Shown piece by piece: positions 8,492-17,109 of a DNA stretch of 37,870 bases. The position numbers and the translations under genes were made by a program. The stretch is from an uncultured Bacteroidales bacterium. GTDB taxonomy: Bacteria > Bacteroidota > Bacteroidia > Bacteroidales > P3. The notes below the pieces were generated by a model. That model had not been told where the DNA came from. It saw nothing but the letters and a program-made list of their open reading frames with translations, and ran no database searches. Position 1 is the first letter of the stretch; each line of letters starts with the position of its first letter. The stretch lies in assembly GCA_947174375.1 (NCBI GenBank), contig CAMWIS010000001.1, positions 1-37,870 on the forward strand, read 5' to 3'.

Positions 8492-10594
8492 CTAATCCTC
8501 CCGTACCCACACTTGGGCGGCGCGGTTGACGAGATAGACCGGCAGGTATTGGGCGGTCTGCGCCCGCTCGCCGGCGTAAGGCTGCGAGAAATAACGCGTG
8601 GCGGCGTCCGTGCGCCCGAAGCCGCCGAAAGCCGCGTCGTCGGACGAGAGGCAGAGCCGGTAGCGGCCCGGGTGATAGACGGGCAGGCGGTAGTCGGGCC
8701 GGCTGTCGGAGACGTGCCAGTTGAACGCAAATATATACTGTCCGTCGCGGAGGTCGAACGCGAGGATTTTGGCCTGTTCGTCTATGCACAGCAGGCGGGC
8801 GAACCCCATCGTGCGGAGGTCGGTTTCACGCGCCAGCGCAATCATGGCGCGGTCGAACGCCAACAGGAACTTATACCGCAGGTCGGCGCGGTCGGAGAGC
8901 GACCACTGCCGCCGCGCGTAGTGATAGCTCCAGCCGTTGCCCTCCCGCGGAAAGTCAATCCATTCGGGATGGCCGAACTCGTTGCCCATGAAGTCGAGGT
9001 AGCCGCCGCCCCCGCTGCCCGCAAACAGGCTGATGAGGCGGATCATCTTGTGCAGCGCCATGCCGCGCTCCACCACGGGCGAATGCGAATCCACGCCCAT
9101 GTCCGTGTACATATGCGCCCCCATAAGGCGGAACGCCAGCGTCTGGTCGCCCACCAGCGCCTGGTCGTGGCTCTCGCAGTAGGCAATCTGCGGCACGTTG
9201 GGCAGCCGGTCGTTGAGCACGTGCCAAATCTCCCGCATCACCCAGTCCTCGTCCTGCCGTTCCTTGAGCAGTTTGATCCAAAAGTCGGGGATGCCCATCG
9301 ACAGCCGGTAGTCGAAGCCCATGCCGCCCTCGGCGCAGGGCGCGGTCATGCCCGGCATCCCGCTCACCTCCTCGGCCACCGAAAGCAGCGGGCGCGGGGC
9401 GGCCCGCCGTTCCCACAGTTCCCGCAGCAGGTCGTTGGCCAGCCGCAGGTAAATCAGCGCGTCTTCGTCCACTTGGTCGCCGAAATAGTTCTGATAGGTG
9501 CCGAAGTGATCCGTATAGCCGCGGTGGAAGTAAACCATGGCCGTCACGCCGTCGAAGCGGAAGCCGTCGAAGCCGAACGTCTCCACCCAGTAGCGCAGGT
9601 TGGAGAGCAGGAAGCGCCGCACCTCGTTCTTGTTGAACGCGAACATCTTGGAGCCCCAGTAGGGGTGCGTGCCGTTGGGTTCGGGGTAGTTGTAAAGGTC
9701 GGGCGAGCCGTCCAAGGCCCAAAGCCCTTCGTTGAGGTTGGAGACGAAGTGGGCGTGCACGATGTCCATCAGCACGGTCAACCCCATATCGTGGGCGGCG
9801 CTAATCAGCGCGCGCAGGTCGTCGGGCGTGCCGAAGCGGGACGAGGGCGCGAAGAAGTTGGACACATGATAGCCGAAGCTGCCGTAATACGGGTGTTCGG
9901 CGATGCCCATAAGCTGCACCGTGTTGTAGCCGTCCTCGCGTATGCGCGGCAACACGTTTTCGGTAAATTCGCGGAACGTGCCCACGCCCTCTTTCTCTTG
10001 CGCCATGCCGATGTGGGCCTCGTAGATGAGCGGGCTGAAAGGCGCGTCGTTTCTTTCATTCGCGCGCACCTTGCACGGACTGTCGGGCGCCCACACCTTG
10101 GCCTTGAATTCCTTGGTGTCGGGGTCTTGTTCGGTGTAGAACGTGTAGGCGGGCAGGCGCAGGTGCCAACTGCCGTCTGCGCCGTGTACGTAAATCTTGT
10201 AGCGTGAACCGTGCGTGAGCCGCCGCGTGCAGGCGTCGTCGGGCTTGTCGAGGCGGATTTCCCAGTCGCCGTGCCAGCGGCCGTCGGCTCCGCAAACCTT
10301 GCGGAGCGGGTGGGAGGTATAATCCCAGCCGTTGAAATCGCCCGTCAGGAACACGTCTTTGGCGTTCGGCAGCCATTCGCGGAACACCCACCCGTGCGGA
10401 CGGCCGTCCGCACCGACGGCCGCGGCAGGATGCAGCCCGTAATACAGATGCGCTCCCGCAAAGTCGTACAGCGAGCCGTACTCCGCCTCTATCCACGCCT
10501 TGGTGCGCAGATAGTCGGCGTGCCGTTTCTCAATGCGGCCGGCCACGGGCCACAGCCACGGATCCCGCTCTACGAAAGGCAGCGTATCTTTCAT
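8492..10594 (-). CDS. glgB: 1,4-alpha-glucan branching enzyme, GH13 (eukaryote-like subfamily)
   Basis: The 700-aa ORF carries the four GH13 conserved regions in the form typical of branching enzymes: DIVHAH, GFRFDGVTAM, AEEVSG and YCESHDQALVGD. It lies 12 nt downstream of the lepA stop. Confidence 0.9.
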   Translation of the reverse strand: MKDTLPFVERDPWLWPVAGRIEKRHADYLRTKAWIEAEYGSLYDFAGAHLYYGLHPAAAVGADGRPHGWVFREWLPNAKDVFLTGDFNGWDYTSHPLRKVCGADGRWHGDWEIRLDKPDDACTRRLTHGSRYKIYVHGADGSWHLRLPAYTFYTEQDPDTKEFKAKVWAPDSPCKVRANERNDAPFSPLIYEAHIGMAQEKEGVGTFREFTENVLPRIREDGYNTVQLMGIAEHPYYGSFGYHVSNFFAPSSRFGTPDDLRALISAAHDMGLTVLMDIVHAHFVSNLNEGLWALDGSPDLYNYPEPNGTHPYWGSKMFAFNKNEVRRFLLSNLRYWVETFGFDGFRFDGVTAMVYFHRGYTDHFGTYQNYFGDQVDEDALIYLRLANDLLRELWERRAAPRPLLSVAEEVSGMPGMTAPCAEGGMGFDYRLSMGIPDFWIKLLKERQDEDWVMREIWHVLNDRLPNVPQIAYCESHDQALVGDQTLAFRLMGAHMYTDMGVDSHSPVVERGMALHKMIRLISLFAGSGGGGYLDFMGNEFGHPEWIDFPREGNGWSYHYARRQWSLSDRADLRYKFLLAFDRAMIALARETDLRTMGFARLLCIDEQAKILAFDLRDGQYIFAFNWHVSDSRPDYRLPVYHPGRYRLCLSSDDAAFGGFGRTDAATRYFSQPYAGERAQTAQYLPVYLVNRAAQVWVRED

Positions 10595-10606
10595 GAATGG
10601 TATATA

Positions 10607-12394
10607 TTAGTCCAGTTTGAGCACCGCGAGGAAGGCCGACTGCGGCACCTCCACGTTGCCCACCTGACGCATCCGCTTCTTGCCCTCTTTCTGCTTCTCC
10701 AACAGCTTGCGCTTACGCGTGATGTCGCCGCCGTAGCATTTGGCCGTCACGTCCTTGCGCACCGCCTTCACGGTCTCCCGCGCGATGATTTTGGCGCCGA
10801 TGGCCGCCTGGATGGCGATGTCGAACTGTTGGCGCGGAATCAACTCCTTGAGTTTCTCGCACATCCGCCGCCCGAACGCATAGGCGTTGTCGGCGTGGAT
10901 CAGCGTCGAGAGCGCGTCCACCGTGTCGCCGTTGAGCAGAATCTCCAGCTTGACGAGTTTGGACGGCTTGAAGCCGCTCGGATAGTAGTCGAACGACGCA
11001 TAGCCGCGCGAGATGCTTTTGAGGCGGTCGTAAAAGTCGAAGACGATTTCCGACAGCGGCATCTCGAAACTCAACTCCGTGCGGTCGGTGGTCAGATACA
11101 CCTGGTTGAGCAGCGTGCCGCGCTTGTCGATGCAAAGTTTGATAATCGGCCCCACGTAGTCGGCCTTCGTGATAATCTGCGCGTGTATATACGGCTCGTC
11201 GATATGGTCCACATAGTTGGGGGCGGGCAGGCCGGACGGGTTGTAGATGTCGAGCACCTCGCCCTTGGTCGTCGTCACCTTATACGGCACGTTGGGCACC
11301 GTCGTGATGACGTCCATATTAAACTCGCGTTCAAGACGTTCCTGGATGATCTCCATGTGCAGCAACCCCAAAAAGCCGCAGCGGAAGCCGAAGCCCAAGG
11401 CCACCGACGATTCGGGTTCGAACGTCAGCGACGCGTCGTTGAGCTGCAGTTTCTCTATCGACGCCCGCAGTTCCTCGTAGTCGTCGGGCGTTACCGGATA
11501 AACGCCGGCGAACACCATCGGCTTCACGTTCTCGAAGCCCTCCACGGCCTTGTCGCAGGGGCGTTCCACGTGCGTGATCGTATCGCCCACCTTGACTTCG
11601 GCCGACGTCTTGATGCCCGAAATGATATAGCCCACATTGCCCGCCGACAGGCTGTCCGTGGGGATGGGCTTGAAGCCCAGCACGCCGATTTCGTCGGCCA
11701 CGTATTCCTTGCCCGTATGGAAGAACTTGACCTTGTCGCCTTTCTTCATGCCGCCGTTCATGATGCGGAAGTACGAGATGATGCCGCGGAACGGGTTGAA
11801 CACCGAGTCGAAAATCAACGCCTGCAACGGCTGTTCCGCATCTCCCTTCGGCGCCGGAATCCGCTTGATGATGGCTTCCAAAATTTCCTCCACGCCCATG
11901 CCGGTCTTGCCGCTGGCCGCGATGATGTCCTCGTGCGGGCAGCCCACCAAGTCCGAAATCTGGTCTTTGACCTCCTCCGGCATGATGTTGTCGAGATCCA
12001 TCTTGTTGAGCACCGGAATAATCTCCAAATTGTTCTCCAGCGCTAAGTAGAGGTTGGAAATCGTCTGCGCCTGGATGCCCTGCGTGGCGTCCACGATCAG
12101 CAAGGCGCCCTCGCAGGCCGCGATGGAGCGCGACACCTCGTAAGAGAAGTCCACGTGCCCCGGCGTGTCAATCAGGTTGAGGATATATTCTTCGCCCCCG
12201 TATTTATACCGCATCTGGATGGCGTGGCTCTTAATCGTGATGCCGCGCTCCCGTTCCAAATCCATGTCGTCCAGCACCTGCGCCTGCAGGTCGCGTTGGC
12301 TCACGGCGCCGGTATATTCCAGCAGACGGTCCGCCAGCGTGCTTTTCCCGTGGTCGATATGGGCGATGATGCAGAAATTCCGAATATTTTTCAT
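10607..12394 (-). CDS. lepA: translation elongation factor 4 (LepA)
   Basis: The 595-aa ORF has the GTPase motifs [25 protein letters not shown] and NKMD. The characteristic LepA C-terminus is present (...[22 protein letters not shown]...). Confidence 0.97.
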   Translation of the reverse strand: MKNIRNFCIIAHIDHGKSTLADRLLEYTGAVSQRDLQAQVLDDMDLERERGITIKSHAIQMRYKYGGEEYILNLIDTPGHVDFSYEVSRSIAACEGALLIVDATQGIQAQTISNLYLALENNLEIIPVLNKMDLDNIMPEEVKDQISDLVGCPHEDIIAASGKTGMGVEEILEAIIKRIPAPKGDAEQPLQALIFDSVFNPFRGIISYFRIMNGGMKKGDKVKFFHTGKEYVADEIGVLGFKPIPTDSLSAGNVGYIISGIKTSAEVKVGDTITHVERPCDKAVEGFENVKPMVFAGVYPVTPDDYEELRASIEKLQLNDASLTFEPESSVALGFGFRCGFLGLLHMEIIQERLEREFNMDVITTVPNVPYKVTTTKGEVLDIYNPSGLPAPNYVDHIDEPYIHAQIITKADYVGPIIKLCIDKRGTLLNQVYLTTDRTELSFEMPLSEIVFDFYDRLKSISRGYASFDYYPSGFKPSKLVKLEILLNGDTVDALSTLIHADNAYAFGRRMCEKLKELIPRQQFDIAIQAAIGAKIIARETVKAVRKDVTAKCYGGDITRKRKLLEKQKEGKKRMRQVGNVEVPQSAFLAVLKLD

Positions 12395-12426
12395 GCGTCA
12401 AAAACGTTACGAATACACAACAACTG

Positions 12427-12434
12427 CAAATTTA
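12427..12434 (-). promoter_or_regulatory. candidate -7 promoter box for lepA(-glgB)
   Basis: The minus strand reads TAAATTTG (TAnnTTTG), 32 nt upstream of the lepA ATG at 12394. Confidence 0.45.
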
Positions 12435-12461
12435 CAGATATTTCTCTAATTTTACCCAGTC

Positions 12462-12493
12462 CTTGCAGGATTGCCGAAAAATTACTAATTTTG
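12462..12493 (+). promoter_or_regulatory. candidate promoter for tRNA-Glu (-33-like CTTG, -7 TAATTTTG)
   Basis: TAATTTTG at 12486..12493 matches TAnnTTTG and lies 23 nt upstream of the mature tRNA 5' end. CTTG at 12462..12465 sits 20 nt upstream of the -7 box. The promoter is divergent from the lepA promoter. Confidence 0.45.
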
Positions 12494-12516
12494 CGTCCTC
12501 AAACGGAAAAGAGAAC

Positions 12517-12588
12517 GCTCCATTCGTCTAACGGTTAGGACAGCAGATTCTCATTCTGCAAATAGGAGTTCGATTCTCCTATGGAGTA
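12517..12588 (+). tRNA. tRNA-Glu (anticodon CUC)
   Basis: Hand-folded cloverleaf:
- Acceptor stem GCTCCAT/ATGGAGT (G1-U72 wobble).
- D arm GTCT-AACGGTTA-GGAC.
- Anticodon arm GCAGA-TTCTCAT-TCTGC (positions 34-36 = CTC).
- 4-nt variable loop AAAT.
- T arm AGGAG-TTCGATT-CTCCT.
- Discriminator A; CCA is not encoded.
The architecture mirrors E. coli tRNA-Glu. Confidence 0.85.
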
Positions 12589-12592
12589 CAGG

Positions 12593-12626
12593 AAGCCCGC
12601 AACCATCATGGTCTGCGGGCTTTTTT
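12593..12626 (+). terminator. Rho-independent terminator after tRNA-Glu
   Basis: The stem AAGCCCGCA / TGCGGGCTT has an internal ACC/GGT extension and is followed by T6 (12621..12626). The last T of the run is the first base of the stop codon (TGA on the minus strand, 12628..12626) of the convergent 633-aa gene. Confidence 0.75.
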
Positions 12627-14527
12627 CATTTTATCATGTCGGAAATGTTGAATCCGTCCGGTCTGAAGATGGGCCCGTCGGAAGTCAGCGAAACCTGCGT
12701 CAGGTTACGGCGGCGGACAGGTTGCTTGCAGCGCAGGCGGTTCAGGCCGGCCACGGGGCCGATGGTATCGCAACCGTCGCGTATAATCGTCCCGTCGCGG
12801 TCACACGTATAAAACAGCTCATAGTCTTTGGTCGGGGAATAATAGAAGATGTCCGCCGATTCAGCCCGCCATGATTCAACCGGTTTCCGTTGTAAATCTC
12901 CGGCTTTCCCTACGTTGGAAAACACCAGCATGATTTCGCAGGCCTTGACGGTTTCGCCGGTGTTCAGACAGAATACCGGTGCGTCCGGATGCGCTTCCGC
13001 CGTGGCGTATAATTCATCGGGCGTCGTTTCATAGAAATAGTTTTTCCCGCTTATGACGTTGAAATACCGGCCGATGATATACGGTTGGCGGTTGATGTGG
13101 ATACCCCAGTTTAAAGAGTATTGCAAATCCGGTCCATACAGGATAGCGCCATCCGGAATGTTTTTGAAATAATCCGATTTGGCCAATTCGTTCAGCACGG
13201 CGAAACGGTTCTGACTCCGCTGCCATTCGCGGCTGATGTGGTCGTTAGCATAGCCGGTCAGCACCACGGTGCAGAACATCAGGCCAATGGCACCGCCATA
13301 AATGACGGGATAAAGCCGTTTATGTTTCCGCCCCCATTGTACGGTTCCGAACAGACCCAACGCCAAGGCAAGCGTTATGCCGAACAGTGCGTAGTAACTG
13401 GTTATATAACCACGCATCCAGCTGTAGTATTCGGAATTGTATTTTTCCGCTATCCCGATGAGCGTATGGACGAAAAAAGACAACAGGACGGCCACAATAA
13501 TACCGTTGACTATCTTGCGACCGGGAATGGCGGTGTCGGGTTTGAGGTAGTTGGCAAAAAGCAGGCAGGACAAAACGGCAAATATATATACGTAAACCGG
13601 CGCGTGGGTCAAGGCAAAAATCAGACCGGGCGTATAACCGCCTAAAAGCGGACTGTTGAAAGCCATTGTCCATTGCTCCATTCTAAAGTTCATGGCCGGA
13701 ATCACGATGGTCGTGCAATGCCACAGGATTTGGCAGAAATGGGAAAAGCTGAAATGGTCGGGCATCGCATTGCCACGGTATTGCGTGCCATAGAATAATT
13801 GAAAGGCATAGTAGATGATGACAAAGAGCAGGCCGCTTGCCATGAAAGGGCATATTTCCTTATAGAGTTGTTTGGACTTGAATGCGCCGGCAAACGAATG
13901 TTTCCGGATATTCCGTATAAGTATATATAATCCGAAAAAACCTAAAAGGAGCAGGTAATTTTCATAAAACAAGGCTGCGATAAAGAAAAGGGCGGCACTC
14001 CGGATAACCAAACCGTAACGTGCGGTTTCCGTGTAGCGGATAAACGACAGGCAGGCCGATATACACAATATGAAAGAGAAAGAAAAAACGAAAGGATGGG
14101 ATATGGTGGGGATATGGTGGTTGAAGGTGACCTGCATCCAAGCGATAAGCATCAGTAACAAGATAAGGCTCAGGTTGCGCGATTTGAAAACCTTGAAGAT
14201 GAAATAGGCGAAAAATCCATACGACGCCAAGAGGGAAAGATATTGAACGAACCTTGTAAAATAGAAGTTGTCAATCAAATAAGGGATATTCCCGAGGGGT
14301 TTCAGATAAAAAAAGAAACGGCCTTGGCTTTTGGCGTAGAAATCGGCATCCGTCAGCCAATAACGGAAGCCTTGCAAGCCGGTGAGGTAATATTCCAAGT
14401 CATCGCCGGTCGTGAAGCCGACGCGGAAAAACGGAATCAACGCCAAAATGATGACGAGGCCCCAAATGACCATCGTGTCAATCCGGTCTTTTTTCATAAG
14501 GTCGCTTATGCGCTGTTGCTTTTGCAT
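12626..14527 (-). CDS. polytopic (~12 TM) membrane protein with ~190-aa C-terminal soluble domain; GT-C-like topology, family not recognised
   Basis: The 633-aa ORF has TM1 followed by a loop with the acidic motif GFTTGDDLEYY. About 11 further hydrophobic helices follow, then a soluble tail. It starts 15 nt after the S41 peptidase stop. Base composition and codon usage differ markedly from neighbouring genes (ATA, CAA, AAA, ATT, CTT codons are common). Confidence 0.7.
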   Translation of the reverse strand: MQKQQRISDLMKKDRIDTMVIWGLVIILALIPFFRVGFTTGDDLEYYLTGLQGFRYWLTDADFYAKSQGRFFFYLKPLGNIPYLIDNFYFTRFVQYLSLLASYGFFAYFIFKVFKSRNLSLILLLMLIAWMQVTFNHHIPTISHPFVFSFSFILCISACLSFIRYTETARYGLVIRSAALFFIAALFYENYLLLLGFFGLYILIRNIRKHSFAGAFKSKQLYKEICPFMASGLLFVIIYYAFQLFYGTQYRGNAMPDHFSFSHFCQILWHCTTIVIPAMNFRMEQWTMAFNSPLLGGYTPGLIFALTHAPVYVYIFAVLSCLLFANYLKPDTAIPGRKIVNGIIVAVLLSFFVHTLIGIAEKYNSEYYSWMRGYITSYYALFGITLALALGLFGTVQWGRKHKRLYPVIYGGAIGLMFCTVVLTGYANDHISREWQRSQNRFAVLNELAKSDYFKNIPDGAILYGPDLQYSLNWGIHINRQPYIIGRYFNVISGKNYFYETTPDELYATAEAHPDAPVFCLNTGETVKACEIMLVFSNVGKAGDLQRKPVESWRAESADIFYYSPTKDYELFYTCDRDGTIIRDGCDTIGPVAGLNRLRCKQPVRRRNLTQVSLTSDGPIFRPDGFNISDMIK

Positions 14528-14542
14528 GGCTGATGTCGCTTG

Positions 14543-15568
14543 TTATTCCATCCCCTGCAGGTAGTCGGCGGCGGCCTCGATCATGCTGTCGATGCCTTGG
14601 CGCAGGGCCACCGTATCCATCTGACAGAAGACGTCCGGTGCCACGCCGTTCTCAATCTGTTCGCCGGCGGCGTTCAGCATGGGCGCGGCCGAGAAGCGGA
14701 ACGTCCAGCCGCAGGGCAGCTCCGAGTTGAACGGCAGGCCGCCGCCTCCGCCCGTCGAGTCGCCCATCACCGTCACGTCCGGCAACACCTGCATCATGCT
14801 CGCGAACGTATTGGTGGCGCTGTAACAGTGGCGGTTCGTGAGCACGACCACCGGCTTGCGCCAGCGGCTGATGTCGCCCGGCTCCAGGTAGCGGGGCTGC
14901 GGCGTCGAGAAATCGTCGTGGCCGCGTCCCGTCTTGTGACAGATATAGCCGTAGAGGACTTTTCCGTCCGTAAAGTGTTCCGCCAAAAATTCCGCATAGT
15001 CCAGGTTGCCGCCGCCGTTGTCGCGCACGTCGAGAATCAGGCCGTGGCACGGTTCCAGATACTTGAACATACTCGCTAAGTTGCCTTCCCCGAAGCCGCC
15101 CGAGAAGCTGCCGTAGCGCACGTAGCCGATTTTACGGTCGTCCTCCGGCCGCAACACCGTGTAGGAGAACGACGAGGCGATGCGGTAGTCGTCGCCGAGG
15201 TAATAACGCTCCACTACCTCTTCCGAGAAATTGCGCGGGTAGTCGGTGTACCATTTCCAATAACGTCCCACGTCGCCCGCCGCGTAGAGGTTGACATGGC
15301 CGTCGCGCAGGTTGGCCATCAGGTCGCAATACGTCTTGAACACGTCGTCCGACGTCCGCGCGCGGTAGAGTTGCCGCAGATGCACGTCGTAGAGGCTGTC
15401 CCAGTCGATATCTTTATACGTGAAGAAGCAATAGCGCTCGTCCAACGTCCGCCACAGCACGTCGTAGTTGTAGCGCGCGTCGTTGTATTCGCCTTCCAAT
15501 TTGTGGCAGGCCGTGAGCCACAGCGCCGCCACCATCAGCGCGACGCCCGTCCCCTTTATCCTTTTCAT
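14543..15568 (-). CDS. S41-family peptidase, lipoprotein
   Basis: The 341-aa ORF has a lipoprotein signal peptide with a lipobox (ALWLTAC). S41 motifs are present: LILDVRDNGGGN and a nucleophile-region CYSATNTFASMM. No obvious PDZ domain is present. Its ATG overlaps the upstream gene stop as ATGA (15565..15568). Confidence 0.8.
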   Translation of the reverse strand: MKRIKGTGVALMVAALWLTACHKLEGEYNDARYNYDVLWRTLDERYCFFTYKDIDWDSLYDVHLRQLYRARTSDDVFKTYCDLMANLRDGHVNLYAAGDVGRYWKWYTDYPRNFSEEVVERYYLGDDYRIASSFSYTVLRPEDDRKIGYVRYGSFSGGFGEGNLASMFKYLEPCHGLILDVRDNGGGNLDYAEFLAEHFTDGKVLYGYICHKTGRGHDDFSTPQPRYLEPGDISRWRKPVVVLTNRHCYSATNTFASMMQVLPDVTVMGDSTGGGGGLPFNSELPCGWTFRFSAAPMLNAAGEQIENGVAPDVFCQMDTVALRQGIDSMIEAAADYLQGME

Positions 15569-16395
15569 CGTCCGCTTACATTTTGCATCCGCACCACAAA
15601 GCCAAGCTGAACGCCGTGGCTATGCCATTCCTGTGCGACGCCTTTATACTGACTCCAAAGCGAGTAGCCCACATACGAGAGCCGCAGCACGCAGGGCTTG
15701 AACACGAAGTCCACGCTGAATTCATTTTGCAGGTTCCACACGTTGTGCAGGCCCGTGGCGATTAATTGCCGCCCGATTTCGCCCGGCACGTCCGCCAGCT
15801 CGTAATACGAGTGCCCGAAGTCGGGCGCGAAGCCGACGCCTATAACCGGCAGGGCGAGGCGGTAGTGCAGGCGGATGGGGAACGTCTTAATCAGAAATTC
15901 ATAGCCCGCGTGGACGTTGGCCGTCAGTTGCAGCTGCGTGGCCACCTGCATGAAGCTGTTGCCGTAGGCTGGCTGGTAGAAGATGCGGCCGTCCCACTGC
16001 AAGAGGCCGCCCACGCGGATGTCGAAGCCCGCCGCCTGAAACACCGGCGTATGGACGCCCCAGTGCGTCAACACGTGGACGCCCGTCTGTTCGCGCGTCT
16101 TGGACGGGTTCAAAAGGCCGCCGATTTCACCCTGGATGCGCCATTCCTGAAACAGGTTTTTCGGCCGCATCGCGCGGCGGCCGTCGTAGAGCAGGCCGAA
16201 CTGCGGCCCCTCGTAGGTCAGCGGGCCTATATACTCATTATAGACGCGCGTCTGCATCCAGCCCGCCGAAACCGTGTGCTCCGACTGCCGGTCGCGTGCC
16301 GGCTTGGCGCGCTTGCCTTCCGCCGCATGCAAGGCCGGCGCCGTCACCGCGGCCGCCGCACCCAAAAGCAGCGAAACCAACGTCTTCTTATACAT
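15565..16395 (-). CDS. putative outer-membrane beta-barrel protein (unknown function)
   Basis: The start is placed at ATG 16395..16393 (MYKKTLVSLLLGAAAAVTAPALHA, a signal peptide) rather than the track start at 16410, because a -7 box lies at 16418..16425. The alternating hydrophobic pattern, frequent aromatic and Gly residues and a C-terminal ...LGFVVRM are consistent with a beta-barrel. I cannot confirm a family such as DUF3316 or PagL. Confidence 0.6.
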   Translation of the reverse strand: MYKKTLVSLLLGAAAAVTAPALHAAEGKRAKPARDRQSEHTVSAGWMQTRVYNEYIGPLTYEGPQFGLLYDGRRAMRPKNLFQEWRIQGEIGGLLNPSKTREQTGVHVLTHWGVHTPVFQAAGFDIRVGGLLQWDGRIFYQPAYGNSFMQVATQLQLTANVHAGYEFLIKTFPIRLHYRLALPVIGVGFAPDFGHSYYELADVPGEIGRQLIATGLHNVWNLQNEFSVDFVFKPCVLRLSYVGYSLWSQYKGVAQEWHSHGVQLGFVVRMQNVSGR

Positions 16396-16417
16396 TCCGA
16401 TGAGGTTCATGATGACG

Positions 16418-16425
16418 CAAAATTA
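16418..16425 (-). promoter_or_regulatory. candidate -7 promoter box for the OMP-S41-membrane protein operon
   Basis: The minus strand reads TAATTTTG (TAnnTTTG), 22 nt upstream of the ATG at 16395. Confidence 0.4.
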
Positions 16426-16441
16426 CATATTTGCGCCGTAA

Positions 16442-16473
16442 TTTGGAAAAGCGGTATAAATAATGTATCTTTG
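16442..16473 (+). promoter_or_regulatory. candidate promoter of rimP-nusA-infB(-tilS): -33 TTTG and -7 TATCTTTG
   Basis: TTTG at 16442..16445 and TATCTTTG at 16466..16473 are separated by exactly 20 nt. This matches the Bacteroides primary-sigma consensus TTTG-N19-21-TAnnTTTG. The predicted leader is about 88 nt. Confidence 0.55.
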
Positions 16474-16537
16474 TGGCGTTATTTGGCGGCACGCCATAGG
16501 ACGGATGAGGCGGAGGATTTAAGGTTAAAGAGATGTG

Positions 16538-16560
16538 AGGGGGCGTGCAGCCCCTTTTTT
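16538..16560 (+). terminator. terminator-like hairpin in the rimP leader (putative attenuator)
   Basis: GGGGC-GTGCA-GCCCC (16540..16554) can be extended by A-T and G-T pairs. It is followed directly by T6 (16555..16560), 7 nt before the rimP ATG at 16568 and downstream of the predicted promoter. Confidence 0.5.
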
Positions 16561-16567
16561 GTTGCTT

Positions 16568-17068
16568 ATGAACAAAGAAACGATTCATACTTTGCTGGAA
16601 GAGGCCCTGGCCTTGCGCAACGAAGCGCGGGCGGCGGCGGGCGCGGCGGCCGACCTGTTCGAGGTGGACACCATCGTTTCGCCGCGCAATGTCATCCACG
16701 TGTTCATCGATGCCGAAACGGGCGTTTCGATAGAGGACTGCGTGCCGGTGAGCCGTCATATCGAGGGCGGGTTGGACCGCGACAAGGAGGACTTCGAGAT
16801 AGAGGTCTCGTCGGCGGGGCTGGACCGTCCGCTCAAAAAGGCGCGTCAATACAAGAAGAACATTGGCCGTCGGCTCAAGCTGATAGACCGCGACGACAAC
16901 ACGTGGAAGGGTACGGTCGTGTCGGCCGACGACGAAGGGCTGACGTTGCACTGCGACGCGCCGAAAGGCCGCCGGAAAAAGGCCGCCGCGCCCGAAGCCG
17001 AAGAGAACCCCGACCGCTATTTCGCTTACGGTCAGGTCAAGGAGGCGCGCATAGAAATCGTGTTTTGA
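16568..17068 (+). CDS. rimP: ribosome maturation factor RimP
   Basis: The track ORF starts at GTG 16535. It is trimmed to ATG 16568 (MNKETIHTLLEEAL...) because the first 11 codons encode the leader hairpin and U-tract. The 166-aa protein sits immediately upstream of nusA and has the VSSAGLDRPL motif typical of RimP. Confidence 0.85.
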   Translation: MNKETIHTLLEEALALRNEARAAAGAAADLFEVDTIVSPRNVIHVFIDAETGVSIEDCVPVSRHIEGGLDRDKEDFEIEVSSAGLDRPLKKARQYKKNIGRRLKLIDRDDNTWKGTVVSADDEGLTLHCDAPKGRRKKAAAPEAEENPDRYFAYGQVKEARIEIVF

Positions 17069-17109
17069 AATAAATATATACAAAATAAAACTACAAAGCA
17101 AAAACGACA

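Noticed and set aside
8376-8789. 138-codon N-terminal extension of the DUF2723 paralog B ORF (track start 8789).
   Set aside because: The extension is Arg/Pro-rich and overlaps the 3' end of glgB. It has no counterpart in paralog A. The internal ATG at 8375 gives a protein collinear with paralog A, preceded by a -7 box.
2038-12046. A series of long plus-strand ORFs (2038..3654, 3688..5268, 5646..8360, 8384..10207, 10211..12046) opposite the DUF2723 paralogs, glgB and lepA.
   Set aside because: Each mirrors a well-supported minus-strand gene. The translations are dominated by R/G/V/H/A/Q runs and have no signal or catalytic motifs. Their boundaries follow the sense genes rather than intergenic signals.
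12517-14530. tRNA-adjacent low-GC segment as a mobile genetic element or genomic island.
   Set aside because: There is no integrase, transposase or direct repeat of the tRNA 3' end that I could find. The segment is a single gene tightly packed behind the S41 gene. I report it as a compositional anomaly only, not as a mobile element.
15565-16395. Assignment of the OMP-like protein to lipid A deacylase PagL / acyloxyacyl hydrolase.
   Set aside because: The C-terminal WHSHG does not match the H-x-S-N-G spacing I recall for PagL. I kept only a generic beta-barrel call.
16535-16567. GTG start extending rimP by 11 codons (MRGRAAPFLLL).
   Set aside because: These codons are the terminator-like hairpin and its U-tract. 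ATG 16568 gives a normal RimP N-terminus.
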